A stretch of DNA of 64,000 nt from NCBI GenBank assembly GCA_002400845.2, contig NVRK02000108.1, forward strand, positions 33 through 64,032, given 5' to 3'. The position numbers were made by a program, and so were the translations under genes. Source of the stretch: Hyphomicrobiales bacterium. GTDB taxonomy: Bacteria > Pseudomonadota > Alphaproteobacteria > Rhizobiales > Rhizobiaceae. Positions 24,929-36,918 of the stretch are shown piece after piece. Positions within the stretch are counted from its first letter, which is position 1. Each line of letters opens with the position of its first letter. Under the pieces are notes generated by a model. It saw only the letters and a program-made list of their open reading frames with translations. It was not told the origin of the DNA and did no database searches.

Positions 24929-25093
24929 TTAAAAAGGGCTAAAACCAGCGTTACGCTTAAGTTCAGCGCGGTCGAAACCAGCAGCTTTTAGCGTAGCATC
25001 GTCTTGTGTAAGTAGGATACCGTTTACATAACGACGAACCTGTTTTTCACGAGCTGATACCAATTTACGGCCAAAGTCTCCAAAAATAGACAT
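24929..25093 (-). CDS. Unannotated small protein (54 aa), possibly DUF1127-like
   Basis: Below the ORF-track size cutoff. Hand translation: MSIFGDFGRKLVSAREKQVRRYVNGILLTQDDATLKAAGFDRAELKRNAGFSPF*. AGGA sits 7 nt upstream of the ATG, and the gene has its own terminator. The L-T-x4-LKxxGFxRxEL segment is reminiscent of DUF1127 (tentative). Confidence 0.5.
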   Translation of the reverse strand: MSIFGDFGRKLVSAREKQVRRYVNGILLTQDDATLKAAGFDRAELKRNAGFSPF

Positions 25094-25292
25094 GTTCAAT
25101 TCCTTTCAATTTTTTAAACAACACTTAATGTGTGCTTCCAGATATAGATAAGAGCAATGCCTCAAAAAACCTATAGACGATGTTACAATTGAGCCTTGCA
25201 TATATTGCATAGCTTCATTTAGAATTGTTTAAGTGTTATAAATGTCTATACGCCACACGTCCCTAACTGCCTGCAAAATTTAGAAAGCTCCC

Positions 25293-27137
25293 ATGTTTCA
25301 AAACTTCACCACCACTTCGCAATCAGAAAAAAGCGCGGAGCGCATTGCAGCCCTTAGATCAAAAATGAAGAACGAAAACATAGACTGGTTTTTGGTACCT
25401 CATGCTGACGAACATCAAAATGAATATTTGCCAAAATATGCTGAACGCCTAGCATGGATATCTGGCTTTACTGGTTCCGCTGGGTTCGCAATCATAGGCA
25501 TAAATGAAGCCTTTCTATTTGTTGATGGACGCTACACGGCACAAGTTAAAACGCAAATAGATCTTGAACTATTCAAAACCCAAGATTTAATCACACAGCC
25601 GCCCTCTTCTTTCATATCGAGCATTGCAAAATTTGGTGAAACCATTGGCTACGACCCAAAACTGATTACAATTACTGGTCTTACAAAATGGGAAACGACA
25701 GCCGACAAAATCAAAGCTAAGTTAAAGCCAACCCAAAACCTAATCTCGTTAATCTGGAAAGATGCGCCCTCTCCTTCAAGAGAACCAATATTTTTACACG
25801 ATGAAAAATATGCAGGTGAAAGCGCCTTAAGCAAAATTGCGAACCTAAAAGCAATTTTAGAAGAAGATCGCACAGACGCTTTATTGCTAACAGACCCTGC
25901 ATCGCTAGCGTGGCTGTTTAACATTCGCGGCAACGATGTTGAGCACAACCCACTTGCACTTGGTTATGCAATTGTGCCAACAGCTGAAAATGAAAAGCCA
26001 TTTTTAATTGTCGCAAAAAATAAAATTAACGACGAGAATAGAGACTACTTACAAAAGCTTTGCACCATTATAGAACCAAGAGATTTTGACAAAATACTCA
26101 CCGCACAAGCAACAGGTGCGCACATGCATTGCGACCCAAATTTGGTTTCATCAGCCCTTGGTGACATGATTACAAATGCCAAAGGAAAAATCATTGCAAA
26201 ACGTGACCCGATTGTTTTGCTACGCGCCATTAAAAACGAGACAGAAATTAATGGCAGTAGATCAGCGCATCTTCGAGATGGCGTTGCCTGCGTTAAGTTT
26301 TTGCATTGGCTTGAAACCCAAGCGCCAAATTCAGTAACTGAAATTGATGCAGCAAAACAACTTGAAGAAATAAGAGCGCTAACTGCAATAGACATGAACA
26401 GCGAGTTAAAAGAAATTTCATTTGATACGATTTCAGGCGCTGGCGCCAATGGTGCTATTGTGCATTATCGCGTAACTGATGACACCAATGCAACGCTTAC
26501 AGAAAATTCTCTATACCTCGTTGATAGCGGCGGCCAATATGAGGATGGCACAACAGACATAACCAGAACCATTGCAATAGGAAAGCCGCCCCAAGAGGCG
26601 ATTATAGATTTCACCCTTGTGCTACGCGGACACATAAACATCGCACTGGCGCGCTTTCCAATGGGCACAAGAGGTGTTGATATTGATGTGCTTGCAAGAA
26701 TGCCACTTTGGCAACACGGCAAAGATTATGCCCATGGCACAGGCCACGGCGTTGGTTCTTATATGAATGTGCATGAAGGGCCGCAAGGCATTTCAAAACG
26801 CGCTATGGAACCTTTCAAAGCAGGCATGATAATTTCTAACGAACCTGGTTTTTATAAAGAAGGCGAATATGGCATTCGCATCGAAAACCTTGTTGTCGTA
26901 AAAGAAACAGATGAACCAGACAATGCAATGCTCGGTTTCGAAACACTAACGCTTTGCCCAATTGACACCAATTTAATTGATCCTACCATAATGACAGACG
27001 AAGAATTACATTGGCTCAATGCATATCATGGTCATGTTTCACGCCAACTAAGCGAACACTTTGAAGGCGCCGAATTAGCATGGTTAAAGAATGCCACCAA
27101 ACCACTTAGTAAAGAACTTCCTGCCGCCTCTGCTTAA
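25293..27137 (+). CDS. pepP: Xaa-Pro aminopeptidase (M24B, aminopeptidase P family)
   Basis: 614 aa. Metal-ligand motifs YLVDSGGQY, DITRT, HGTGHGVGSYMNVHEGP, SNEPGFY, IRIENL. Confidence 0.9.
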   Translation: MFQNFTTTSQSEKSAERIAALRSKMKNENIDWFLVPHADEHQNEYLPKYAERLAWISGFTGSAGFAIIGINEAFLFVDGRYTAQVKTQIDLELFKTQDLITQPPSSFISSIAKFGETIGYDPKLITITGLTKWETTADKIKAKLKPTQNLISLIWKDAPSPSREPIFLHDEKYAGESALSKIANLKAILEEDRTDALLLTDPASLAWLFNIRGNDVEHNPLALGYAIVPTAENEKPFLIVAKNKINDENRDYLQKLCTIIEPRDFDKILTAQATGAHMHCDPNLVSSALGDMITNAKGKIIAKRDPIVLLRAIKNETEINGSRSAHLRDGVACVKFLHWLETQAPNSVTEIDAAKQLEEIRALTAIDMNSELKEISFDTISGAGANGAIVHYRVTDDTNATLTENSLYLVDSGGQYEDGTTDITRTIAIGKPPQEAIIDFTLVLRGHINIALARFPMGTRGVDIDVLARMPLWQHGKDYAHGTGHGVGSYMNVHEGPQGISKRAMEPFKAGMIISNEPGFYKEGEYGIRIENLVVVKETDEPDNAMLGFETLTLCPIDTNLIDPTIMTDEELHWLNAYHGHVSRQLSEHFEGAELAWLKNATKPLSKELPAASA

Positions 27138-27149
27138 ATATACGTATAT

Positions 27150-27464
27150 TTAAAGCGCTATAAAGGAGCGAGCAAAAACCAAAAATACCAAGCCAATGCC
27201 CAAGGCAATAATGGGCGGTATTTTTAAACATGCTATAGCAACAATTACCAAGGTCAACGCTTCTAGCGGCCCCTTGGTAATTGCTGGCGGCACAACAAGC
27301 GTTGTTATAACAGCCGCAGGAATTGCATTCAGCCCTGCTTCTAAACGTGGATGAATATTTTCAAAACGTGACAAAACCAAATCGCCTAATATTCGCGTTA
27401 AATAAGTTAAAACACCAAGCGCAATTATCAGCCATGTTAATTCTTGATTGAAAAATTCGCTCAC
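27150..27464 (-). CDS. azlD: AzlD-family branched-chain amino acid transport protein
   Basis: 104 aa, hydrophobic. 4-nt overlap with the upstream azlC-like gene, as in azlCD pairs. Confidence 0.8.
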   Translation of the reverse strand: MSEFFNQELTWLIIALGVLTYLTRILGDLVLSRFENIHPRLEAGLNAIPAAVITTLVVPPAITKGPLEALTLVIVAIACLKIPPIIALGIGLVFLVFARSFIAL

Positions 27465-28177
27465 TTGCTCACCTCGCCTTTTTCATCACTCACAGGCATT
27501 AAGGCCGCAGCAAATACACCACACAATGCCCCAAGTGAAATATGCCAAGGTGGGCCAATAAGCAGATATAAAGCATACGAAGCTATGCCGCTAATTATAA
27601 CAATCGGATAAAATTTTCTACGGCTTCTAAACCCAACAAGAATAGTTAAAAAATACAAGGGCAATATAAAATCAAAACCATACGCACTTGGGTCTGCAAG
27701 CAAACTTCCAAATATTACGCCTATTGCTGTCGCAACAATCCAAAGGGCATAAAGCAAAAGCCCATAAGAAAAATAATAAGCAGGTCGTAATCCCTGCTTT
27801 TCGTGACGTGTTTCAGACACAGCCCATTGTGGATCTGTTAGTAAAAACAACCCAGTAAATTTTTGAACAAATGAAAAGCTTCCAAATTTATTGGCAAGCG
27901 AAGCAGAATATAAAATGTGCCTAAAGTTAACCGCAAAAATAGCTAATAAAACCGACCAAGCTGGCAGATTGAACCCATAAAGTTCTAGCAGAACAAATTG
28001 GCTTGCCCCTGCATACATTGCCAAGCTAGCAAGCATTGCTTCTTGCCAAGAAAACCCTGCCGAAATTGCGGCGGCCCCAAAGATAGCCCCAACGGGTGTT
28101 GCGGCAAAAATGATTGGAACACAGTCGCGCAAACCATCTTTTATGTCTGTTTTAAAAACACTCTTTTCTTCGTTCAT
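27461..28177 (-). CDS. azlC: AzlC-family branched-chain amino acid permease
   Basis: 238 aa polytopic. VPIIFAATPVGAIFGAAA...YAGASQF, typical of AzlC. Confidence 0.82.
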   Translation of the reverse strand: MNEEKSVFKTDIKDGLRDCVPIIFAATPVGAIFGAAAISAGFSWQEAMLASLAMYAGASQFVLLELYGFNLPAWSVLLAIFAVNFRHILYSASLANKFGSFSFVQKFTGLFLLTDPQWAVSETRHEKQGLRPAYYFSYGLLLYALWIVATAIGVIFGSLLADPSAYGFDFILPLYFLTILVGFRSRRKFYPIVIISGIASYALYLLIGPPWHISLGALCGVFAAALMPVSDEKGEVSK

Positions 28178-28189
28178 TTCGCACCTAAA

Positions 28190-30340
<2,151 letters not shown>

Positions 30341-30422
30341 CTATGAAAACCATAATTTGGTATCTTTGCCAAGCAGGTTTTTAGGTAACAATTCTTACAG
30401 GATTCGCAATATTAGTCTTTAT

Positions 30423-31031
30423 TTATTTTGTAGCAACTAACTTTAAATATGCACGACTAATAGCGCTAGAGTTTTTTCTCTCACTAAGTTCAAATTTTTT
30501 ATTGCTTCGATCTCCTTTCTTTTCAGCCGATCTTAATAATCTTCGCGTTTTAGATTTAAAAATTCTGCAATGTGAAACACCTTTGAAAGAAAGTTTTGAA
30601 ATTTTTCGATGTAATTCCTTGTATGTTTCTTTCCAAATTTTTCCATGTGTTTTTTCATGCGCCGTTACTGCGTTAGAAAAATCATTCCAATTTTTAGTTA
30701 GTTGCTTACTAGCCAAATTTGATTTCCTCCATTTTGGAAGAATATATAAAATATCAAGCACAACATCTGTACTCTTTATTTTACACTTACCTCCCCCATA
30801 TATTGACACAATATTTTTAGCAGTTAGTTTGGTATGAGTGACGCCAATTTGGTTAGAATTTTTCAATCCTCTAATTCGATTTTTTCTGATAGATTTTTTA
30901 ATAGCGCGCCCACTATCACCCGTCACAGTATAATAAGACGTTTTTTCTTTGACGATGACTTTTGCATTTACTGGCAACCACACTGAGAATGTAAAAACAA
31001 CAGAAACTAAAATTTTAAAGAAAGTACGCAT
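30423..31031 (-). CDS. DUF922-type predicted secreted Zn-metallopeptidase
   Basis: 202 aa. Signal peptide MRTFFKILVSVVFTFSVWLPVNA; HExxH as AHEKTHG. Visibly more AT-rich than its neighbours. Confidence 0.7.
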   Translation of the reverse strand: MRTFFKILVSVVFTFSVWLPVNAKVIVKEKTSYYTVTGDSGRAIKKSIRKNRIRGLKNSNQIGVTHTKLTAKNIVSIYGGGKCKIKSTDVVLDILYILPKWRKSNLASKQLTKNWNDFSNAVTAHEKTHGKIWKETYKELHRKISKLSFKGVSHCRIFKSKTRRLLRSAEKKGDRSNKKFELSERKNSSAISRAYLKLVATK

Positions 31032-31041
31032 ATAATATAAC

Positions 31042-32733
31042 TTACGCGGCAGTTTGAGACATCAAACGCTGAGCAGCAGCTCTTGCCTCATCAGTAATAC
31101 TAGAACCTGACAACATCCGCGCAATTTCTTCACGTATATCATCGCCAACGATTGGAACAACTCCCGTTGCCAAACGCCCATCTTCAACTCTGACCCCATC
31201 TATCATAACTGCAGATTTTGAGATCACGAGATGATGTTCTGCACGCGCGGCAACCTGCGGCGCATGTGTAACAGACATCACTTGAACCTTTTCAGACAGT
31301 CTATGCAAGCGGCGACCGATCGCATCTGCCACAGCGCCCCCAACACCAGTATCGATCTCATCAAATACCAATGACGGTGCAGAACCCTTATCTGCTAACG
31401 CAACCTTTAATGCCAACATAAACCTAGACAACTCACCACCAGAAGCAATTTTGGTCATTGGGCCAGACTTAGAACCAGGGTTGGTACGCACCCAAAATTC
31501 CATTAAATCGACCCCTTCAGGCCCAGCATTTTCAATATCAGCCTTATGCTCAATCAAAAATGCAGCTTGCTCAAGTTTTAATGCGGGTAACTCAATCATT
31601 ACCTGCTCTACCAAAACACCAGCCACATCTGCGCGTGCTTTTGATAATATTTCTGCCTCATCAAAATAGTCAGTTTCTAGTTGCAACAATTGCTTTTCCA
31701 TTGCTGCAAGCTTTTCTTCACCAGCATTCAAATTTTCCAAATCATCAGCTAATTTTACAGCGAGGTCAGGAAGGTTTTCCACCGCAACCGAATATTTACG
31801 CGAAGCCGCTCTTAAAGCAAATAAACGCTCTTCTGAATTTTCCAAATCTTTAGGGTCGTAATAGGTTTCTCTTATCGCCTCATCAATCGATTGTTGAGCG
31901 GCATAGAGCGCATCAAGACCAAGATCTAACTGCGTCACAGCTTCATCTAACAACCCTGGCACTTGATCCATTTTACGGGAAAGATTTTTTGCTAAATTAG
32001 CAAGAATCGGAATGGGTGAAGACTTACCAGACAAAACTTCAGAGGCATCATTTAGGTCGCTAGCAATCTGCTCAACCTTCATCATTTTTTGGCGGTTGTC
32101 TGCAAGTTGCGTCTCTTCGCCCTGCTCTGGTGCTAATTTGGTTAGCTCTTTTACGCTGGCTTCAAGATATTCGGCTTCACGTGCTATATCATCAACACGC
32201 ACCTTAAATGCCTTATATTCTTTCTTTAATTTTTGCCAAATCTGCCATTTTTTACCCACAGAATTAACTTGAGAACCAAGCCCACCAAATGTGTCGATCA
32301 ATGCACGATGTATTGCTGGGTCCAACATTGCCCGCTCGTCATGTTGCCCATGCAACTCAACCAATTGCTTACCAATCTTGCTCATCAAGCCAACTGAAAC
32401 AGCTTGATCGTTCACATAAGCTTTACTACGCCCATCAGATGACTGTACGCGCTTTAAAATTAAATTGCCCTCAAAGTCGATTTCATTTTCTCGTAAGAAA
32501 TCTGCTATTGGATGCGTTTTGGGCAAATCAAATACAGCAACAACGCGCCCTTGATCTGCGCCAGCGCGTACCAAACCACCATCTCCGCGTGCACCAAGAG
32601 CAAGCGATAACGAATCTAATAAAATGGATTTACCAGCACCCGTTTCACCAGTTAAAACAGTTAAACCAGTGGCAAAATTAATGTCCAGCTTCTCAATCAA
32701 TACAATATTACGGATTGATAATTGAGTAAGCAT
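31042..32733 (-). CDS. recN: DNA repair protein RecN
   Basis: 563 aa. Walker A GETGAGKS, coiled-coil middle, SGGELSRFMLALK, FDEIDTGVGG. Confidence 0.96.
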   Translation of the reverse strand: MLTQLSIRNIVLIEKLDINFATGLTVLTGETGAGKSILLDSLSLALGARGDGGLVRAGADQGRVVAVFDLPKTHPIADFLRENEIDFEGNLILKRVQSSDGRSKAYVNDQAVSVGLMSKIGKQLVELHGQHDERAMLDPAIHRALIDTFGGLGSQVNSVGKKWQIWQKLKKEYKAFKVRVDDIAREAEYLEASVKELTKLAPEQGEETQLADNRQKMMKVEQIASDLNDASEVLSGKSSPIPILANLAKNLSRKMDQVPGLLDEAVTQLDLGLDALYAAQQSIDEAIRETYYDPKDLENSEERLFALRAASRKYSVAVENLPDLAVKLADDLENLNAGEEKLAAMEKQLLQLETDYFDEAEILSKARADVAGVLVEQVMIELPALKLEQAAFLIEHKADIENAGPEGVDLMEFWVRTNPGSKSGPMTKIASGGELSRFMLALKVALADKGSAPSLVFDEIDTGVGGAVADAIGRRLHRLSEKVQVMSVTHAPQVAARAEHHLVISKSAVMIDGVRVEDGRLATGVVPIVGDDIREEIARMLSGSSITDEARAAAQRLMSQTAA

Positions 32734-32738
32734 AGCAA

Positions 32739-33575
32739 CTAAGCTCCTTTTGGAAGCTTAGCTGAAGCGTTAGGCGTTACGCGAAGCCATGAGCCGCTAT
32801 TCTCTCTTGGCACAACGCCGCCACTATGTAGCAATTTTACAGCATCTTTGTACCACTGACTATCAGGATAATTATGCCCCAAAACAGCAGCCGAATTTTG
32901 CGCCTCTGACACAATACCAAGGGCATAGTAAGCTTCGGTCAAACGGGCCAATGCTTCTTCTACGTGACGTGTTTGTTGGAATTTTTCAACAACTTTACGG
33001 AACCTATTAATTGCCGCCAAAAACTCTCTACGTTCCAAATAATATCTACCATTTAGCATTTCTTTACCTGCTAATTGGTCAAGCGTTATACGCATTTTTG
33101 TTTTTGCGTCTTCTACATATTCGCTCTCAGGATAGCGCTCAACAACAAGGTTGAACGCGTTAAACGCCTGCCCTGTCGTCGTTTGATCCCGTGAGACATC
33201 CGGCATTTGTTTGAAATACGACATGCCAACCAGATATTGTGCATATGCGGCATCTTTGTCCCCTGGATAAAGCGATACATAGCGTTTTCCAGTAATGATT
33301 GTATCACCATAATTTGCACGACGATAATCTAAGAATGCTTGCAATATCAAAGATCGACGAGAATATTCAGAATATGGGTGCTGTTGGTCCAGCTCTTCCA
33401 ATTTCTTTTTTGCCCGTTTTGTATTGCCTTTATTAAGACTAGCCAATGCCTGATTATACAAAGTATCGGCAGGCACGACATCATCAACAAAGTTTTCGGA
33501 ACTTATATCAGTTGATTTACATGCAGAAAGCCCCAAAACTGCGCCCAGCATTAAAGCTGGCAGAATTGAACGCAT
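32739..33575 (-). CDS. bamD: Outer membrane protein assembly factor BamD (lipoprotein, TPR-like)
   Basis: ORF 32739-33662. Start moved to ATG 33575 (MRSILPALMLGAVLGLSAC lipobox). YNQALASLNKGN, ...YPDSQW. Confidence 0.88.
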   Translation of the reverse strand: MRSILPALMLGAVLGLSACKSTDISSENFVDDVVPADTLYNQALASLNKGNTKRAKKKLEELDQQHPYSEYSRRSLILQAFLDYRRANYGDTIITGKRYVSLYPGDKDAAYAQYLVGMSYFKQMPDVSRDQTTTGQAFNAFNLVVERYPESEYVEDAKTKMRITLDQLAGKEMLNGRYYLERREFLAAINRFRKVVEKFQQTRHVEEALARLTEAYYALGIVSEAQNSAAVLGHNYPDSQWYKDAVKLLHSGGVVPRENSGSWLRVTPNASAKLPKGA

Positions 33576-33862
33576 TTGCCCAAAAGAATCATTTAATTTT
33601 TCTTTAAATGCCCACATCGTATGCTTAAGGTGTTGTAATTCAAAAACTTTAATCAATTTCAAATCCTGTTTTGCGCCTGTTAGTACTGATATAAAACCAG
33701 ACTAAACTCAAGTAGAAAAACAGCTTATAAAGTTTACCATTTTCCATACATTGCGATGCTACTTAATTATAGCAACAATAGGGCAGCGTAAACACACAAG
33801 CCAGTTTGTAACCAAACAATTCAAGAATATGATTAAAATGATAGGCTTTCGCTGATAAAAAG

Positions 33863-34807
33863 CTAAATTAATGATGCTGCAAAAGCTGGAGCACTAACCG
33901 CGACAAGGTCATTATGACTTACGCGCGTTTGCGAAACATTTGATTCAACAAAGTCATATGCACGATTATCTGCCAATAAAGCTTCTAAAACCAATGAATT
34001 AAGCTTATGGCCACCACGATATGAGCGATAACAGCCTAAAATTGGAGCGCCAGCAAGCGCCAAATCACCAACAGCATCTAGCGTTTTGTGACGTACAAAC
34101 TCGTCTTTGAAACGCAATCCCTCAGGATTAATCACATTATTATCATCACCGATAACAATAGAGTTTTCTAATGATGAACCAAGAGCAAAACCTGCGGCCC
34201 ATAAACGTTCTACGTCCTTCATAAAGCCAAATGTTCTAGCGCCAGACAAATCCTTGTCGAATGATTCTGCGGTTAGATCACCTTTATAAGACTGACGACC
34301 AATTAATTCGCAGTCAAAATCGATTTCAACTTCATAGCGTGTGCCATTAAAGGGAATGAATTCCCCCCAAGAAGCACCCATATCAACACGAATTGGCTTA
34401 TTCACACGAATGTAACAACGTGCAGCGGCCAACATAGTTAAACCTGTAGATTTTACAGCTTCAACAAATACTCTTGAACTACCATCCATGACAGGCACTT
34501 CGTTCGCATCAACCTCAACGATGACATTATCAACGTTTAGGGCGCGTAATGCAGCCATTAAATGCTCTACAGTAGCAATGTAAACTTTTTCTGGATTTCC
34601 AAGCACAGTACAAAGATCAGTAGCGCCTATCGAATTAAAATTCGCACCAATATCTTCTACATTGCCAGTTTTGGGGCAAGTTACGTTAAAAACAATACCA
34701 GTATTCGCTTCACTCGGTAGAAGCGTCATGCAAACAGGTAACCCAGAATGGACCCCTATTCCCTTAAACTCGATCTTGTCTTTTATAGTCGTTTGGTAAC
34801 CAAGCAA
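33863..34807 (-). CDS. lpxC: UDP-3-O-acyl-N-acetylglucosamine deacetylase
   Basis: 314 aa, TTG start. QTTIKDKIEFKGIGVHSG, TVEHLMAAL, FVRHKTLDAVGDL. Confidence 0.95.
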   Translation of the reverse strand: MLGYQTTIKDKIEFKGIGVHSGLPVCMTLLPSEANTGIVFNVTCPKTGNVEDIGANFNSIGATDLCTVLGNPEKVYIATVEHLMAALRALNVDNVIVEVDANEVPVMDGSSRVFVEAVKSTGLTMLAAARCYIRVNKPIRVDMGASWGEFIPFNGTRYEVEIDFDCELIGRQSYKGDLTAESFDKDLSGARTFGFMKDVERLWAAGFALGSSLENSIVIGDDNNVINPEGLRFKDEFVRHKTLDAVGDLALAGAPILGCYRSYRGGHKLNSLVLEALLADNRAYDFVESNVSQTRVSHNDLVAVSAPAFAASLI

Positions 34808-35025
34808 AATAATACCCCAGTTTGCTTAATTATTCTGCCACTTAATTCTCAGTCTGATAATCACACCAAACTAAAATATCTACCCAAGCAAAACAATAAA
34901 TTCTGTTTCTTACGTGTTTTATTTATCACGAAACTTCATTTTGCATAATCACGGTTTCTTACCGTTTGTAACGAAACGAAATATTACCAAACGTTAGAAC
35001 ATTATATTTATCAAATACTTAAAAT

Positions 35026-35059
35026 AAAAAAACCCGTCGATAAAAACAGTATCGACGGG
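35026..35059 (-). terminator. Rho-independent terminator after ftsZ
   Basis: Minus strand reads CCCGTCGAT-actgttttt-ATCGACGGG followed by TTTTTTT, about 50 nt past the ftsZ stop. Confidence 0.85.
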
Positions 35060-35107
35060 TAATAATTACTTCAAACATTAGCTTAAAGCATTGAAATTTA
35101 TAGTATT

Positions 35108-36829
35108 TTAGCCCTGTCTACGTAAAAACGCAGGAATATCCAGCTGATCGTCCTCAACAATTTTACTTGCTGTAGGTATTGTACGACCCGTTTGATCTAC
35201 AGTTCCACGCTTTGGAGCATATGGATTTTCTTCAATTTTGCCTGTGGAAGAATCTGTATTTACAACTGGAGCTGGTGACACACGCATAGGCGCAACTGGC
35301 GAATCAATAGAATCAGCAGGCTCAACACGTTTTTCTTTACGTGATGAACTGTCAGCAACACCCAAACCAGAGCGTAATTTTTGCAACAGGCTCATTGGAC
35401 CAGAATTTTGAGGTTTATGCTTTTTGGGTGCCTTCATTTCTTCACGGACCATTGGTGGAAAATCTTCAACAGATGGCATTTTTTGTTGTGGAACCGTTTG
35501 ACTAGGTCTACTTGCAGCAGGTGGAACATATGCACTGGCTTTAGGCATAAGCTCTTCCTCAATTGCTGCTTTAAAAGTATCATCCATATTAGAAGGCTCT
35601 TTAGAAGCTTGTACTTTCAAAGGTTCAATACGAACACCATTTGATTGTATTGGCGCCTGAGTAGAAACTTGAGCACTAGCGCTTGGTGCTGATGCACCCG
35701 CTGATCTTCCCATGTCTGTAATAATTGGAGACGTAGCAACGATTGGGGCACTAGTCATAGAAGACGTGACAGTCTGTGTAGACGTAGATGCCCCAAGCAA
35801 TGATGTTGTTTTATGTACGCTTTCAGTGCGTACAGGTTGAGGCGCTGTTGTGGTTTGAGAGACTGAATTATCAATACCTGTAGCAACAACAGAAACACGG
35901 AAGATGCCATCAAGACTTTCGTCAAACGTAGCACCAACAATAATATTAGCTTCGCTATCAACTTCTTCTCTAATGCGCGTTGCCGCTTCATCAACTTCAA
36001 ACAATGTCATATCGCGACCACCTGTGATCGAAATCAACAAGCCTTGCGCACCATTCATAGAAGTTTCATCAAGTAGCGGATTTGATATTGCAGCTTCCGC
36101 AGCAGCCATAGCACGACCTTCACCTGAAGATTCGCCAGTACCCATCATGGCTTTGCCCATTTCGTGCATCACAGAACGCACATCAGCAAAATCAAGATTG
36201 ATAAGACCTTCTTTGACCATTAGGTCTGTTATACAAGCAACACCTGAGAATAAAACTTGGTCTGCCATACCAAAGGCATCAGCAAAAGTTGTTTTATCAT
36301 TGGCAATTCTGAACAGATTCTGGTTTGGAATAACGATTAGTGTATCAACGTTCTTTTGAAGCTCGATAATACCTTCCTCAGCAGTAGTCATGCGGCGACC
36401 ACCTTCAAATTGGAATGGCTTGGTTACAACACCAACAGTCAAAATACCCATTTCACGCGCAATTTTAGCAACGATAGGCGCAGCACCAGTACCCGTACCA
36501 CCGCCCATGCCAGCAGTTACAAATGCCATATTTGTACCCGCTAAATGATCTTGAATTTCTGCAAGACATTCTTCTGCTGCCTGACGACCAACTTCTGGCT
36601 GAGAACCCGCACCAAGACCTTGCGTAGCACCATGACCAAGCTGAATAACACGTTCTGCTTTGCTCATAGTCAATGCTTGAGCATCTGTATTTGCACAAAC
36701 AAATTCAACGCCCTCAAGCCCGCCATTTATCATATTGTTCACAGCGTTTCCGCCGCCACCACCGACACCGAATACTGTAATCTTAGGTTTCAATTCCCGA
36801 ATATCAGGTTTTTGTAAGTTGATTGTCAT
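35108..36829 (-). CDS. ftsZ: Cell division protein FtsZ (long alphaproteobacterial C-terminal linker)
   Basis: ORF 35108-36868. Start moved to ATG 36829 ([33 protein letters not shown]). [11 protein letters not shown]-terminal peptide [13 protein letters not shown]. Confidence 0.97.
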   Translation of the reverse strand: MTINLQKPDIRELKPKITVFGVGGGGGNAVNNMINGGLEGVEFVCANTDAQALTMSKAERVIQLGHGATQGLGAGSQPEVGRQAAEECLAEIQDHLAGTNMAFVTAGMGGGTGTGAAPIVAKIAREMGILTVGVVTKPFQFEGGRRMTTAEEGIIELQKNVDTLIVIPNQNLFRIANDKTTFADAFGMADQVLFSGVACITDLMVKEGLINLDFADVRSVMHEMGKAMMGTGESSGEGRAMAAAEAAISNPLLDETSMNGAQGLLISITGGRDMTLFEVDEAATRIREEVDSEANIIVGATFDESLDGIFRVSVVATGIDNSVSQTTTAPQPVRTESVHKTTSLLGASTSTQTVTSSMTSAPIVATSPIITDMGRSAGASAPSASAQVSTQAPIQSNGVRIEPLKVQASKEPSNMDDTFKAAIEEELMPKASAYVPPAASRPSQTVPQQKMPSVEDFPPMVREEMKAPKKHKPQNSGPMSLLQKLRSGLGVADSSSRKEKRVEPADSIDSPVAPMRVSPAPVVNTDSSTGKIEENPYAPKRGTVDQTGRTIPTASKIVEDDQLDIPAFLRRQG

Positions 36830-36918
36830 TGCCTCGTCTCCAAAAAATGTTCTGAAAAGAGTAACCAACTCAGAACCTGTATTTAGCCTTTATCTTAAAA
36901 AACTAAATGTTTGCCGCA

